A stretch of 64,000 bases of DNA from Eukaryota sp. GEM-RC1 (GCA_040285855.1 JAUFOQ010000002.1:2604001-2668000); one strand, 5' to 3'; positions 34,642 through 48,329 are shown, counted from the first letter of the stretch. The notes: a model not told the origin generated them from the sequence alone. Made by a program: numbers and translations.

Positions 34642-35574
34642 ATGTCTGACTCTACCCGTGGCTTTCGCACCGCTCTCAAGGATATCACCAACATTTTCGG
34701 AAGCACTCGTAGAACTTATCGAAAGTCCTTCAAAACACCTCCTCATTCACGTCCCACAGCTGACTTCTTCCAAAACTCTGCGTCTTCCTTCAACTCTCTC
34801 TCACTTCTCTCTCCTAATAGGCCCGCTCTCTCTGCTGATGATCTTCTTTCTCCTCTTCATACACCTACTACTGGAACTGTATCAGATAACGAAGAGTCTC
34901 TCATGGATATGTCTCCTGTCCAAACCCCTCATGCCCCACAGTCTCTACAGGAACTTCTTCAGTCATTGGAACCTTCAGACTCACCTTCAGTAACCAGCTC
35001 AAAAGCAGTTAAATCATTAGTACTTACACTTGACGATTTGATTGGTGACGATTTGGTTGACAATCATTTCATTGGTGATGATGAACTCTTGATTGACAAT
35101 GATTTGACTGCTGACGATGATCTTTTGATTACTGACACACGTGATATGGATATGAACTATTTTGATTTTGACGTTTTCCCCCAGGAGCTTGCAGTTTTTA
35201 AACTTTTGAAGCTTGATTTTGACTGTTTTGAAAGTGAAATGAAGATGTTTAACATTCAATGTTTATCTTATCTGGATTTTGATTCTTTTCATGTCGTTTC
35301 TGATTTGATTGATGACGATTTCATTGACCCTCAATCAGACGATGACGTTTTAGGTAAGAGACTTACTAGTGATTTAGAATTAGAGTTTCCCGATTTTAAG
35401 AAATTGAGAATGTTGGAACGCAGATGTGGATTTTTTTCTAGTCCATTGACTTGCATTGCATTACCTGTCAAGAGCCTTCGAACGACGCATTCCTTAAAGC
35501 GTTTGAAGGTTACCACCAAACAACCAAAAGCTAAGGTTTCTTGGTTATCAGTTTATGATGACGTCATTATGTAG
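34642..35574 (+). CDS. Orphan acidic protein with N-terminal D-box and multiple S/T-P sites
   Basis: ATG at 34642; RTALKDITN; many SP/TP; Asp-rich centre. Confidence 0.65.
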   Translation: MSDSTRGFRTALKDITNIFGSTRRTYRKSFKTPPHSRPTADFFQNSASSFNSLSLLSPNRPALSADDLLSPLHTPTTGTVSDNEESLMDMSPVQTPHAPQSLQELLQSLEPSDSPSVTSSKAVKSLVLTLDDLIGDDLVDNHFIGDDELLIDNDLTADDDLLITDTRDMDMNYFDFDVFPQELAVFKLLKLDFDCFESEMKMFNIQCLSYLDFDSFHVVSDLIDDDFIDPQSDDDVLGKRLTSDLELEFPDFKKLRMLERRCGFFSSPLTCIALPVKSLRTTHSLKRLKVTTKQPKAKVSWLSVYDDVIM

Positions 35575-36130
35575 GTTGTGTTAATTAGTTTGTAATAGCT
35601 TGAAATCTTTCAGTTTTTTTTCAATTGTTTTGGAGATGCAAGGTTGTCTTAGGCAATTGTATGTGTGGTGCTTCGCTGAAAGTTTAATTGATTGATGCTC
35701 TTCATTTTTCTATTTTCTAGCAAATACGGTTATCGTTTTAGGCATTTTTAGGCGTTTTTGTTTTATTGTGGGATGATCCTCCTCGTTTCAATTATATTTA
35801 TAAATGTAGTAAACAACACAATACTAAGTAGAGATATCATTAAAACATCACCCATCATTGTCAAATATTCCAACAGCTTTGTCCTCATAAAAGGAACTCA
35901 CAGCTATTAAAGCTTTGAAGATGATCAGGAGAAACACTTTAAAAACAGCAAAAACGATACGAGTCAAGCATTTAATTCGTATACATGTACTTAAATATTT
36001 GTCTGTTTTAGAATCTAAGACGGTGTTTAACGTTAATAGAACTGGCCATGTCTTAAAATTGAACGTTATTTGTATCTTTTTAGGTTTGCATTTGCTCCCC
36101 TTGTAACAAAATCAAGACTGATTTGCAATT

Positions 36131-37118
36131 TATGTCTCACTCCGAATCTCCGTCAAAGAAGATTGTTCGTTCAACAAACGATGATTTATCAATGACTCAC
36201 AATGATGATGTGTCTGCTGAATCATTCACCTCTTCCTTACGATTTCAGCAGTCTTTGATCATTTTGATACACCTTCACTCGTTGCGACGTGTCTTAAAGT
36301 CTTCGCTTAATGTCAGTCAGTCTTATGTTCATCGTTCTTTCCTTAATTTGAAGGAAAGTTTACCTAAGTTCTTTGAGAAACTTGCATATGTCAGCCACAG
36401 TTTCTTTGAATCTGCTCTTCTAGCAGTCACTGTCTGCTTTAAAACAAGCACGTTTCATACAATTTCCAGAGACTTTGCTCCATTGTGTTCATTTGCTTCT
36501 CGCTTAGGAACAGAAGTAAAGTCTGTTTTTCTGCACGTAAATGGGACCTTTAAAGTTGAAGACTTTTTTAGTTTTTCTGATATTATTTCAGGGTTAGGGT
36601 TGACGATCAATCACCACGATCAGTTGGAGTTTCTCAACAAATCTTCCTGGCACTTTCCTAAACTGCAACAGCTTGATTTGATTGTGGATTCCGATTTCAA
36701 TGTGTCTTGGCCATTGATTGAGCTGTTGAAAGTCAATTCTACAATTACAAGTATTAATCTAAGGATCAACCATATCAGAGATTTTGGAGCTAGAGCATTG
36801 GCGGAGGCGTTAAAAGTTAATGTTACAATTAGAAGTGTTGATCTGAGGTTCAATTCTATTGGAGCTGAAGGTGCTAGAGCCTTGTCCGAAGCGTTGAAAG
36901 TTAATACTACAATAACTAGTTTTAATCTGGGAAACAACTTAATTGGAGATGAAGGTGCTTGTGCTTTGGCAGAGGCTTTACAAGTTAATACTACAGTTAC
37001 AGATGTTAATCTTTATGGAAACTCTATTGGAGCGGAAGGTGCTAAAGCTTTGGCAGAAGCATTAAAAAACAACAGTCATGTTAAAATAAGGGGAATAGAA
37101 CAACTCAATCCGAATTAA
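36131..37118 (+). CDS. RI-like leucine-rich repeat protein (NLRC3-type repeats)
   Basis: Four 28-aa repeats of the form NxIGAEGARALAEALKVNTT. Confidence 0.85.
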
Positions 37119-37999
37119 TGCTGAAGGTGTTGTCCTTGAGGACCCTGCCTTTCTACAACCTATTCAAAGATCAGATATACAGAATTAGTATAATTGATGT
37201 GCTCAAACTTAATTATCTACCAATGGTGAAAATGTACAAACGAGTACCTTATCTTGAAATTGAAAATACAGAGTATTTATTATGTGAAAAACAGTCCGGT
37301 GTAGGTACTTTGTTACGATTCATTTTTATTTTAACTTTAGTTCTATGAGCGATATTGAGTGCAAACAGACTCTTGAACAAACTTCAGACTATGACACTGT
37401 GACCGAGAAATATTTGTCCAAGTCCTTTGCAGCCGTTACCGTTGTAAGTTAGCACTGTTCATTACAACTTTAAGTATAATAGTAATGTTTATATCACTGT
37501 AGAATATTAGCTCAACCATTTTGAAAGCTGTGTTGAAAATACAATGAAATGTACTGCATGTGTGTTTTGTGTCTAGTCCCTCACTTCTATACTATTAATT
37601 TCGCAAAATGGTTGAATTTTTGCGCTGGTCCAATTAATGTCAAAATCTATCAGCCAATTATCACCACGTCTCTGTACAATTTCTCTGTACAATAGCTGTA
37701 AAGATGTTGATCAGGCATTTTCTGTATCTAGTGTCTGGTAGATTTTTTTTGAGATGTAATGTTGTTACATTCATTCCTGAACTTTTATTTGCTATAATTA
37801 AAGAAAAGAACAACGTATTGATTTTCCAAAAAAAGAATAAAAAGGATGGAATTTTTGATAAATTGATTTGATTTGATCTTCACAAATGAATGTATGAAAC
37901 CAGATGCAGAGAAAACAGAAGTGAAGTTCATGCAAGGCAAAAGTACTGGTTAGGTTCTACTATTGTAGAAAAACCGGCGTTTATGATCAATCAGTGAAA

Positions 38000-38270
38000 T
38001 TATTGCTTTTGCAAAAAAAGTAATAACTTACAGATACTAACTAAAGTATGCAAATTATGATCCTTCTGTAATTCACCGAACAACTTACCTAAAATGGAAT
38101 TAAAATATTTGTGTATTGAACGAAACAGCGCAAGCGTTAACCTACTATAATACAAATTTTGATTTAAAACTTTACCGTACTCAGAACGCAATCTACCAAA
38201 ACAAGTGGAAAAACCCAGTGCAGCTGGTCCAACATTACCGTGTGTCGACATCGCAAATGGTTGTAACACA
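38000..38270 (-). mobile_element. CRE-like non-LTR 3' fragment (RLE endonuclease tail)
   Basis: PFAMSTHGNVGPAALGF resembles PFAISIYGRLGRDALCF at 49757..50014. Confidence 0.6.
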
Positions 38271-38346
38271 AAAGAATTGTTCCTGAAATATTGAACTAGA
38301 AGTAGAACACCTAGACTCCAAACTCCATTCATTGAACATTGAACCG

Positions 38347-39875
38347 ATGCCATCCTTCTCTGAACTATCCCCAAAACCCCAAGCTGAGTACACCCTTGTG
38401 CGAGCTAAATTTCTACTTCCTCTCTCTGATGAACTTGGTACTTCCACTTTGATTGAGGATGGCTTTATCCTTACCCACAACGACAAAATTATCAAATGCG
38501 GCCAATACGACGACAACATTGGCAGTGATATCCTAGGTGATCACAGCGACAAGTTGATTATTGTTGGTTCCAATGGCTCCAATGGAATCCCTCAACTCAA
38601 CGGTATTCTACTTCCTGGTTTTGTTAAGGCCCATGGACATAGCCATGAATCTCCTTTAATTGGTTTGGCCAAAGATGTTCCCCTTACTGAATGGTTAGAC
38701 AAAGCTGTTAATCTTTTTACCGGCATGCTTAACGAGGAACGTGAGCAATTGATAGAGATGTTTGATGGAAGATCTCCCAACTTAATCACATATCTAAAAG
38801 ATCGTCTTGATGATATCTATTATGGTATTACCTCTGCTGCTATCCACCATTGTAATCATAACAAAGTTTGTTCTCTTTCTACATCTTATTCCAGTACAGA
38901 GTTGAAGAAATAGTTCAAGCAAATGTCATGGCTGGTACCAAGATGACTGTTTGCGTTGGCTCTCAAGACCGAGCTTATGATGAACGTATCCTCGATATCC
39001 CCGCTTCCTTGGCTGTTGAGAGACTTGACAAGTACCATGAACTCTACGGAGATGCTCCAAGAACTACTATCGTACCAGGTCCTGACCAGCTTTTCTCCAA
39101 TGGTCCCGAAATTCTCAAGCTCCAGAAGCAATGGGCTAGAGAACATAACACTGTGCTTCATTGTCATTCTTCTGAGGAGCCAAACACAACCAAATGGTTC
39201 ATCTCCCAACATGGAATGACTCCTGTTCAGTACGCTGATTCCCTTGGCATTCTTGATGAGAATACCATCTTTGCTCATCAAGTTAACAACACTCAGGAGG
39301 ATTTGGAGATTCTTGCTGCTAGAGGTGTTAAGATCGTACACAATCCTCTGGCAAACACAATTCTTGGATCCGGTATGCCACCAGTTGTTGAAATGATTGA
39401 TGATCATAAGATTCCCGTCGCTATCTCTACTGATGGAAGTGGTTCTGCTGATAACCAGAATATGCTGGGTGCTGCAAAGTTAGCAACACAGTTCCAAAGA
39501 GGAAAGTTGGCCAATCCAAGAGTTTTGCCGGCATTGCAGTGTCTTGAAATGATCACACGTATTCCCGCCCAATTCTATGGCTGGAACACAGGTCAAATCG
39601 CTACTGGTTTTGATGCTGATTGGGTCTTGATTGATCTTACCAGACCTAATCTTTGCCCTTCCCATGTTCAGAATGTTGTCAACAACCTCATTTGGGCCGC
39701 TGATGGTAGTGAAGTACAGTACTGCATGGCCAATGGTGTCATGGTCAAGGACAACTACAAGATCACTACAATTGATGTCGATGGTTTAATGAAGGACATT
39801 CAGTTGTTGACTGATAACTTGTTAGAGTATATGAAGAATGCAAAGGAGATCAAGGGAACTGGAGCTCATCAATAA
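38347..39875 (+). CDS. Metal-dependent amidohydrolase (MTA/SAH deaminase, AtzA/TrzA-like)
   Basis: LPGFVKAHGH, HCHSSE, FAH, HNPLAN, STDG; intron 38866..38894. Confidence 0.88.
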
Positions 39876-40279
39876 GGTAGACTTTTGATTGTTGATTCAC
39901 TTATATAAAGTTCATTTATTTCACTTTTTTCTTTTTTTGTATTTACTCGTGTGTGTTTATAGAAGTATGAATTGCACAAACGGCTTTAAATCACATCATC
40001 GCTTAAAAAGAACTCACTGCTATATGAGGTAAAGCTTTCGAGACCATTAGGCGAATTGGTTAGAAATGATTAAAAGCAATATGATTCACTCACCCATACA
40101 TCCGATAAAGCATTGTTCATCCTCTTTTTTACGATTTTTTCGAGTTGTTTATAAAAAATCAATACACTTTATATAATATAAAAAAGTGGTTTATTCTATA
40201 AACTTACACTAAAATAGACAGATAAACCTACCCCATCACACAACCTTCTACACCACCAAACAAACTCTTCAAGATATCA

Positions 40280-41030
40280 TCAAAGCAATTGTTCATAGAA
40301 CGAAATAGAACAAAAACTAGACGATCTCTCCAAAAACCACTGTTGAACTTTTTTACCGAAATCATTACACAAATACGAAAACGAACATAAGAAGTTATTA
40401 CTAGTATCTACAGTACCATATTTTCCATATAAAGAAATTCCAAAAGGTGGAAAAACAAAAGCATTGTGTCTTTGAGAGTTTATCTTTTCAAAACAATCCT
40501 TGTATCGAAGGATGGTCAATGGCCGAAAATTTCTCATTAAGTACTTATTTGGTAAAAGTAGAATTATAAGAATCAACTGTATTAAAGACAGTACAATTTC
40601 TTGAGAATTTCTCCAAGGTCCAATTAAATCTGTTCAATTAATTTTGTTCCGAATTACGAAGTATAATATGTGATAATTCATATTCGACATGCTTGATTTA
40701 GCTGGATGCAAAGCATAAAGTTGGATTTTATTTGACTATTTGTATTTCTCTAGTTGCCTAGTTTAATACAACAAAACGAGTATTGAGAGATGTTTATTCG
40801 GCACCCGGAACCCGTTTATTCGGAAAATTTGTTCTAATAGAATTAAATTTCTTGGCAAATGTTTCAGTAATGGAATAGTCTAATGAACGTAAAAAATGAT
40901 TAATTTTCCCAGAAAAACAGACCTGAAGCATAGCAAAGGAAACATGTTTGCTCACATCTAAAGACGAGTATTGTGATTGATACATTTGACATAGACAAAC
41001 CTGAATATTTTTTTCGAGAAATTGGCCAAA
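40280..41030 (-). mobile_element. Two CRE-like non-LTR fragments
   Basis: FAMLQVCFSGKINHFLR is near-identical to the ORF at 6136..6843; PFGISLYGKYG is the RLE tail. Confidence 0.7.
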
Positions 41031-41175
41031 CCAAATTAAGATGAAGTGGGTGGCATGCCTTCACACTGAATGTGACACTTTGGTTAAGTTGTCTGAATGT
41101 GGATATTCACACTAATTCAGGTTCTAAAAGCAAATCGCGTAAAAACACTCAGAAAAACGTGTTTGTCAAATGCCC

Positions 41176-42573
41176 AATGTCAGTGTATAGCGGCGATTTT
41201 AGTCCTTCTCGACGACGGCCTAGAGCCAGACCAGCCCCAATTGAAGATACTTCGTCCAACACAACAGATCCGCCCCCTCCTCTTTCCATAAATACTAGAA
41301 CATACTCACATACCGCCAGCGACTCCTTTTCTATCGCTGATCCCGCTCGCCTTGATGATTTCCTCTCTGACAAACAATCTGAGCATCCATCTGAAACTGA
41401 CTCTCTCGTTGGCTCTGTTCCTCAATCTCACACTCTTATCACACCTCTTACTCCTCCCAATGAGCCTGAATCTGCTAGTAACCTCCACCAAAAGGTCACA
41501 GCTCTCCGCCGCATGTTTCAAGCCGAACGATCAGCACGATCTGCTCTCGAAGAAGAACTCAAGTCAATGCGTAGTCAATACCGTCTCTTAGAGAAGAACT
41601 ATGCTGACAAGGATAGTCTCTGTGTGTCTTTATTCCGAGAAAAGGAACTTTTGTCTGAGAAACTTGTACAACTACAAACCGAACGTGCTGCTGAACTTGG
41701 AAGCAGAAAAAGGAGATTATAATTCTGGAGGAAATCTCCCGGTTCGTAACAAGAAGAAACAAATAGAAATAGAATATGCCAGACAATCGGTTGCTCTGAA
41801 TCGTGCTGAATCACGTATTTCTGACCTCGAAGAGTCACTCAACAATCATCAATCAATGCTGGATGCAGCAAGATCTCAAGCTCGAATCCTTGAAGAGCAA
41901 GTTCGAAGGCTGTCTTCTGAGCTAGATGAACGAGATTTAATTAGTGAAAAAATAGAAGTTGAAAAAAAGAACTTTTAGAGAACGTTACAGGCGTCTACAA
42001 GCTGAGTTGAGTGAATGTCTTGATGGCAGAGCTGTTCAAGACGAGATTATTGATGAACAAAAGAAAGAAATTCAAGAAATTTTAAATGAAGTTGAAGAGT
42101 ATCGGCTTGAATTGCTGAATGAAGGTAAGAAAGTTAAAGAAGTGGAATCGAATTTGAAGCAGAGAGACAATGAGAATAAACTGCTGGCCGCTCGATTGTT
42201 TGACCTTCAATCAAAAACTCAAAAGTACCGATTAGAGATCAAAACTTTCAAAGTCGTACATCTTTCCTCTTTTGGAAATGCTGATGGTGTTATTAATGTC
42301 TGTAAAAATCCTAGAACGAGGGAACTGATGTTGGAGATTTCTTATGGTTCGACGTTGAAGGTGTTTACTTTATCTTCAGTTATCAGAATTGTGGAACTAA
42401 GTTCAGATTCATTTAAAATTGAATATTCTGAAAATGATTATGATTGTTTTGCCACACAAGATGCCAATGCGGATGTTGAAATATTAAAGGAATTTTTAAA
42501 ATATACGGCGGAAGAGGAAAGTCCTGCTTCAGCACGTGTTGCTGATGAATTATTTGCATTTTTGGGTCTTTAA
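41176..42573 (+). CDS. Coiled-coil protein with C-terminal PH-like globular region; frameshifted as assembled
   Basis: Consecutive coiled-coil ORFs 41072..41722, 41601..41978 and 41959..42573 joined at A/T runs. Confidence 0.6.
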
Positions 42574-42835
42574 TGTGGTGTGGTAGTTAGTTTCAAATTT
42601 ATTGATGAAATGTTTACCATTAGCGAAAGTTCTTTTACTGGAACTACTTTTTCAGATTGGAAAACAACTTTTTGACAAAAATGACTAGATGAAATTTTGT
42701 AAGTAAATGTACAGCCTTTAATTCCTGAGAATTCTGTGGCAAAAATGAGTAATTACTTGAAACTCGTATCCAGAATGTACACTATTAACAAACTTTTGCT
42801 ATAACTTACATTTTCAGTTACTATTAAGTTACAAA

Positions 42836-45800
42836 TTAAATAAAGTCCAGCATCAATTCAAACATATCCATACTATTAGTCTCAATTTCTGTCGTCAACA
42901 TGAAATTCGCGGCAGTTTCTTCAACAAATGGCATTGTACTCAACATCTTTGGAGATCCCACAATAAACTGTGGTCTGAAACCATTGATAGCTATTCCACC
43001 CCTAACGACCATATTCATAACTTCACACTCATTCTCAGCATCAAGACCTCTGTTAGCTTCATCCAAGATTCTGACTGGACATGAAGCAATTGACTGAAGA
43101 GACAGTAGAAAGATTAACACAGCTAGCGAACGCTCACCTCCCTGACTGACGAGCGTTGTTTAATTCAGCTAAAGGAGCTCCAGCTCTGAATGAACATTTG
43201 ATGGAGAGTTTAGCATTAGAAGCAAAGGTGGTTTCAGGAATTTCCAGAGTAATGGTACCATTAATTCCTAATTGAGTAAAATGATGGGAAAACGTTCTTG
43301 AAAGTTCTTCATAAAAAGGTTCAATAAGACTTTGAAAGAGTGCACGTTTCTCAGTAAAGGCTACGTATTGGGCTTGAAGTTGGGCCTGTTCTCCTTCGAT
43401 TTCTCGTTCTAAATCCTTCAGAACTGCTGATTTCTTCTGATATTCTCTGATTTGGGAGGGTGACACGTCAGCAATTGCTCTCAAATGAGCATCAGCTCGT
43501 TGTATAGAAGCTTCAACTTCCACTAAATCATCTGTTAACTCCCCCAGCAACTGCTCAATGGGTTCATCAGGGTAAGAATCACAAAAGGCTTGATGATGCT
43601 CTTGAAAGGACGTATGAGCGTGTCGAAACGACTGTTTACACCGTTGGATAGCTTTCTTGGTGTTTTCAATCTCAGCTGTCAATGAATGAATATGATGATC
43701 TAAAGTCCTTAATTCCTCAGCCACTGACCTATTCTTAGCGTCTAACTCTAATATCTTCTCATTGATCTGCTCCATTTTAACTCGAAGCAATGTGTGTTGT
43801 TCAATCAACTCATTGACTTCCAATGTCTTTTGTTCGACTAATTGATCCAATGGTCTGAGCTCTTCTTCGACTCTTTCAAGGTCTTTAACTGGAGCTTCAG
43901 TCAAGGAAGAGAGGAAACGTTGGATGGCAGAGATTTGGGTAGGGATGGTTTGATGAAGTTTAATTAAATTGATAATTTCGCGTCGTTTTTCGTTTAATTG
44001 AGACATATCATCTTGCGTCTCTGTAAACAATTCTCGTCGTTTTTGCAGTAAGAGCCTCTTTTCCTCACGCAAAGTTTCAAGTTCATCATGAACACTTGAT
44101 TCTTCAGCTCTAAGCTTGTCCAATTGAGCTTGCTGTTGCTCGTCTGCTACTTTAAACAATCTCTCCTTTTGCGCAATACTTGAACTTATAGTAGATATCC
44201 CTGCAGAATATCTACTGTGAGAAAACGAGATTTGTTCGTCTCTGCTGAACATTCTAGTGAAGTTCTTATGTCTACGGCCAAAGAATTGATCATCATCGAT
44301 TAACTTAAGAATTCTAGAATTACCTATAGCAAATCTATTAAGGTCTGAAAAATCCAACAATGGACACAGAATCTCAGCTGGGGCATCAAAGACATCAATT
44401 CCATAACAATAGATGGCTTGACTTCTCTGAAATTCTTGAGAAGCAGTGGGAAAATTTGTAGGGATTGAATCACGGAAGTTTTGAAGCTGATTCAAACCAC
44501 ATCTCAAAATTTTAAATCGTAAATTACTACGATCAGCCAATCCTTTCAATACCGATTCATCTTCATTAGACGTCACAAAAAAAGCTGTCTTAAACGACAT
44601 ATCCAAAGCATTCTCCATTGCATTACAAATATCATCAAACACTCCATCATTAATCTCCCCCTTGAATTAAAGGCGAAACTCTTGAGAAAAGCTTTTGTTT
44701 AGAGAATGAGGCCTCAACAAACATGGGACCAAAGACTTTCCCTTTAAAAGAGCTCTGATTGCGGTCAATAATGTCTCTCAACTGGAGTGCTTTTGATAAA
44801 GGACTGTTTTGTCGTCGAATTCGATCCAGCTGTTGAGCATCTTTGCCATCACATTCACGTATTTTTTCCTTGATTCCGTTGAGCTGACCTTGTTTCCTAT
44901 TCAGAGAGCGTTCGAGTATGTCTATTTCTTCCTTTGATTGTTTCCTGTCACTTTCATACTTGTCAATAGCTTCAGTCAGTTGATCCCTAACAGGAATTAG
45001 ATCTTCTAGAGGTTCTAGAGAGTGAAGTTGTTCTTCTAGCTCACGTTTCTTAGCAATTTTAGCACTCTTTTCATTATCGATTTGGCGTATTTTGCCTTTT
45101 AACTCATCCCTCTTCTGCTGTAAATGCTGCTTCCTTCTATTAACTTCTGACATTTCACGCTCCATTCGAATCTTCTTATCACCAACCTGTTTAAGCTGCA
45201 CAGAGCATTCATTTCTACTTTCAACTAACTTTGCCTTCTTCCTCTGAGTATCACTTGATTTGCTCTTCTTCTCATACTCCTTCTTAACTGTCTCTAGACG
45301 TTGGCCAAGTTCAATAACAAGAGCTTCTCCTTGGGTGATGTCTCGTTGGGTTTTTTCTCTAGTGAGTTGCATGCATCTTATACGTAGTAACTGTTGTTTT
45401 CTTTTCCAAATTTCTTTGTTATGAAAGCGTTCTACTGCTGCTTCTAGAGGAGCGATTTCATCTTTAAGATTGGTGACGTCACCCATTTTAGAGTCAAGAG
45501 AAGTCTTGCTACTCGTGAGTGATCCTTCTAAATTGACCAATTGATCATAAAATTCTACAGCACTAATTGAGCCAGAATCTGCCTCAACATCCACAACATT
45601 TGTCCTTTCGACCTCATCTTCGCTCGATATCACTTCGATGTCCCTTCTTGGACGAGTCAGTCTCCGTTTACTCGTATGACGTCGTTGTCTAGAAGCAGGA
45701 GACAGTGGAGAAGGTAGTACAAGGGGAGGTAGAAGTTGTAGAGTCTCGTGGAAAAGCTCTTTAGGACTCTTCTTAGTCAGTTCTTCCATCTTAAACTGGG

Positions 45801-46272
45801 GAGTGAACTGAATGAGAGAGGACAGGTCAATTTTAAGGTTGTCTAAAACGGAGTAGAGGTGAGATCGTTTGGTGAGTTTCTTTCCATCAAAAGAGCAAAT
45901 GAAAGTTCTGGGTTTGTTAGGATTAAGTTGTCTGTGGACTCGAATGTATGAGCCTTTGCCGTTGGAGAGAAAAACTGTGATTTCAGCGGGATGGGGGGAA
46001 TTGTTGGATACATAGTCCATTTCTGAAGAGTTGCGTCCAATTTGAGTGGGGGTAAGGCCCAGGCAGAGACCAATGGCATCTAAGACTGAGCTTTTGCCGG
46101 AACCGTTGCTGCCAAGAACCCATGTAGAGGAGGAGCCGAAGATAATGGTGATGGGTTTGTTGTGCTTTCCATTACACACAGTAAAATTACGGAGTTGTAC
46201 AGCCAATATGGAGCCGGCATGATAGTCATTAAGGTCCACAAGATTGAGGGCTTGACATGCCAGTGGATGCAT
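42836..46272 (-). CDS. SMC5: Structural maintenance of chromosomes protein 5
   Basis: Walker A GSNGSGKSS, IQFTPQ, hinge VFGP, signature QSG(G)ERS, Walker B ILDEANRGLDAENE; G-run frameshifts near 44660 and 43141. Confidence 0.88.
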
Positions 46273-47000
46273 TCAAAAAATGCCGGAATTATGTTTTCTA
46301 TGTTTTCTAACAAGCTGTTTGTAGATTCTAACTGTCTAACTAAGAACCGGTTTTGTGAACGGTGTACAAACGAATAGTGTTGTAATAGTGGCAATCAATC
46401 AATTGTGTTTTATCATCAACCGAAAAAGCGGTCATCGACATTTACTACTATCGGAATGATGTACCCCGATGATAATCTATGGTTGAATATTATAGTTTTT
46501 ACTGTATTTAAAACAGAATAAGACACACATATTTACACACCCTAAAGTATTACATAGCAACTCAATAAGGTAGTACCAGTAAGTGACGAAGATTCGTTGA
46601 TAAACTGTGAGGAAATACAAAAGTAACACATGTCAATGAGCTGTTAGTTACCACACTCTGAAGATGTCGAATATCAAGCTGTAAGTAGTAGTTCTATTTA
46701 AGTATATATAAGTGTACTGTACACTGCAGTAGAGTCATTTGAAACCTCTTACATAGAAAGGCGAAGTACATGTTTGACTCCGACTCCGCTTGCCCTTGAA
46801 GAAATTTGAAGTCAGACTCTTGTAGAGTGTGTTCAATATGTGACATTGGATTGTAGGTATTCACATTATGAGAATCTATGACCAATCAAAAAGAATTTTA
46901 GTCTAATCAATTAAATAATGATTAATCAACAACTCTAAACATTCATGTTGATTAATATAAATAAACAATTAACATCCAGTTAAAATAAAATCAACCACAA

Positions 47001-48329
47001 TCAAAGAAAGGGAATTCCTACTGAAAACAGTTTCTGGTTATCATCATTAAAGAGCTCAACACAAACATTTGATTCTGAGCTTCTAATTTCATCCAATGAG
47101 TCTTCAGAAGTCAACAGAACCACGTCATGACAGTCGTTAAGTGACGTTTCAACGCCAACTCTCCACAAAAGAGGATTTCCTGTTACCTTTGTAACAACCT
47201 TTGCTTCAGTACAAAACAATTTAAAGTTAAATATGAACATTGATTCTTCATGTTCAAAGTCTCTATTAGAGAAAGATATCGAATAGTTGTTACAATGAGC
47301 TAAAAAGGTTGGAAAGACACGGGGAGAAAAGTCCTGGTTAATAAAATATTTGTGAAAATCTAAATTATTGGTGAGAATTGCATTCGAAAAGTTCACTGCT
47401 GACAGCTCAAAATGAGACTGGCTGTTAGGTAATTTAGAAAGGCTCAGAAAACTGTCAATAACGATTGATTGACCTTCAACCTCACCAGTAACGTAGCAAT
47501 GAGGAATGACGTCATCAAATAAATACAAATCACAAGAAACCAGTGACAAATCTAAAGAAAGAGAATTGTTCAACAGTTTGTGTAGGTGGCTATTAATTGA
47601 TGAAAAGTCCTTGGTCTTATCCTGGTGATTTAAACAGAGATCAAACAAGTAAATAAACACAAGAGACTCTACAGCAGAGGAATCACCGACTGACAGAAGG
47701 TCAATCAGTTCAGAACAGAGGTCACCACCTTCCGAAAAGAGATTAACATCACGAGAAGCAAGATCTACAACTCTTGACAACACAGAGTGGGAGCATGACT
47801 CTAAATGCGAGACTATCGAGGTAAGATCAAAGGGAAGTAGACGTTGGCATCCGGGACAAGAGAAGGAAGGGTTTTTGGAGATACATGATCTGATATGATT
47901 AGCCAAGGGTTTTTTAACGTCAGAGAGACAAGAAGAACATTGAACCATCTGGGTGGTGGGGAGAGATGAACAGGATTTGAAGTAAATATGGTCTAGTGCT
48001 TGGTCAGAAGAGATAGTAGAGGAGCAGTGTGGACAGACTGTAGGCAAAGGGAAAACAAGAGAGGACTTGACATTGGAGATTTGTTTCTTAAAGTCAGAGA
48101 TGGTGATGGCATTGAGACGAGCAAAAGCATTGTTAAAGTCCTTGGGTGTAAGAGTCATGATTGAGCGAGGAGAGAAGACATTGGCGACTAACCAAGTGTA
48201 GAATGAGAGGTCTGTAGTATCATCGATGTCAAGGTCTTTCAACAAAGCGAAGAACGCATCGGAATATACCATCAACTCACTGATGGGAGAAAACTGGCTG
48301 TAGTAGGAAGCTGATTCGTTGGGATGCAT
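47001..48329 (-). CDS. Hypothetical protein: DCN1-like N-terminal segment plus C2HC-type zinc fingers
   Basis: LLKDLDID...WLVA..F.P..IMTLT..DF...F..L resembles DCN1; three CxxC...H...C motifs. Confidence 0.55.
   Translation of the reverse strand: MHPNESASYYSQFSPISELMVYSDAFFALLKDLDIDDTTDLSFYTWLVANVFSPRSIMTLTPKDFNNAFARLNAITISDFKKQISNVKSSLVFPLPTVCPHCSSTISSDQALDHIYFKSCSSLPTTQMVQCSSCLSDVKKPLANHIRSCISKNPSFSCPGCQRLLPFDLTSIVSHLESCSHSVLSRVVDLASRDVNLFSEGGDLCSELIDLLSVGDSSAVESLVFIYLFDLCLNHQDKTKDFSSINSHLHKLLNNSLSLDLSLVSCDLYLFDDVIPHCYVTGEVEGQSIVIDSFLSLSKLPNSQSHFELSAVNFSNAILTNNLDFHKYFINQDFSPRVFPTFLAHCNNYSISFSNRDFEHEESMFIFNFKLFCTEAKVVTKVTGNPLLWRVGVETSLNDCHDVVLLTSEDSLDEIRSSESNVCVELFNDDNQKLFSVGIPFL

Noticed and set aside
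42836..46272. Programmed ribosomal frameshifting or pseudogenisation in SMC5, MER3, S9 peptidase, tau95 and the TmcB-like gene
   Set aside because: The breaks are both +1 and -1, fall in unrelated homopolymer or short-repeat runs, and hit essential genes. This is best explained by long-read consensus errors.
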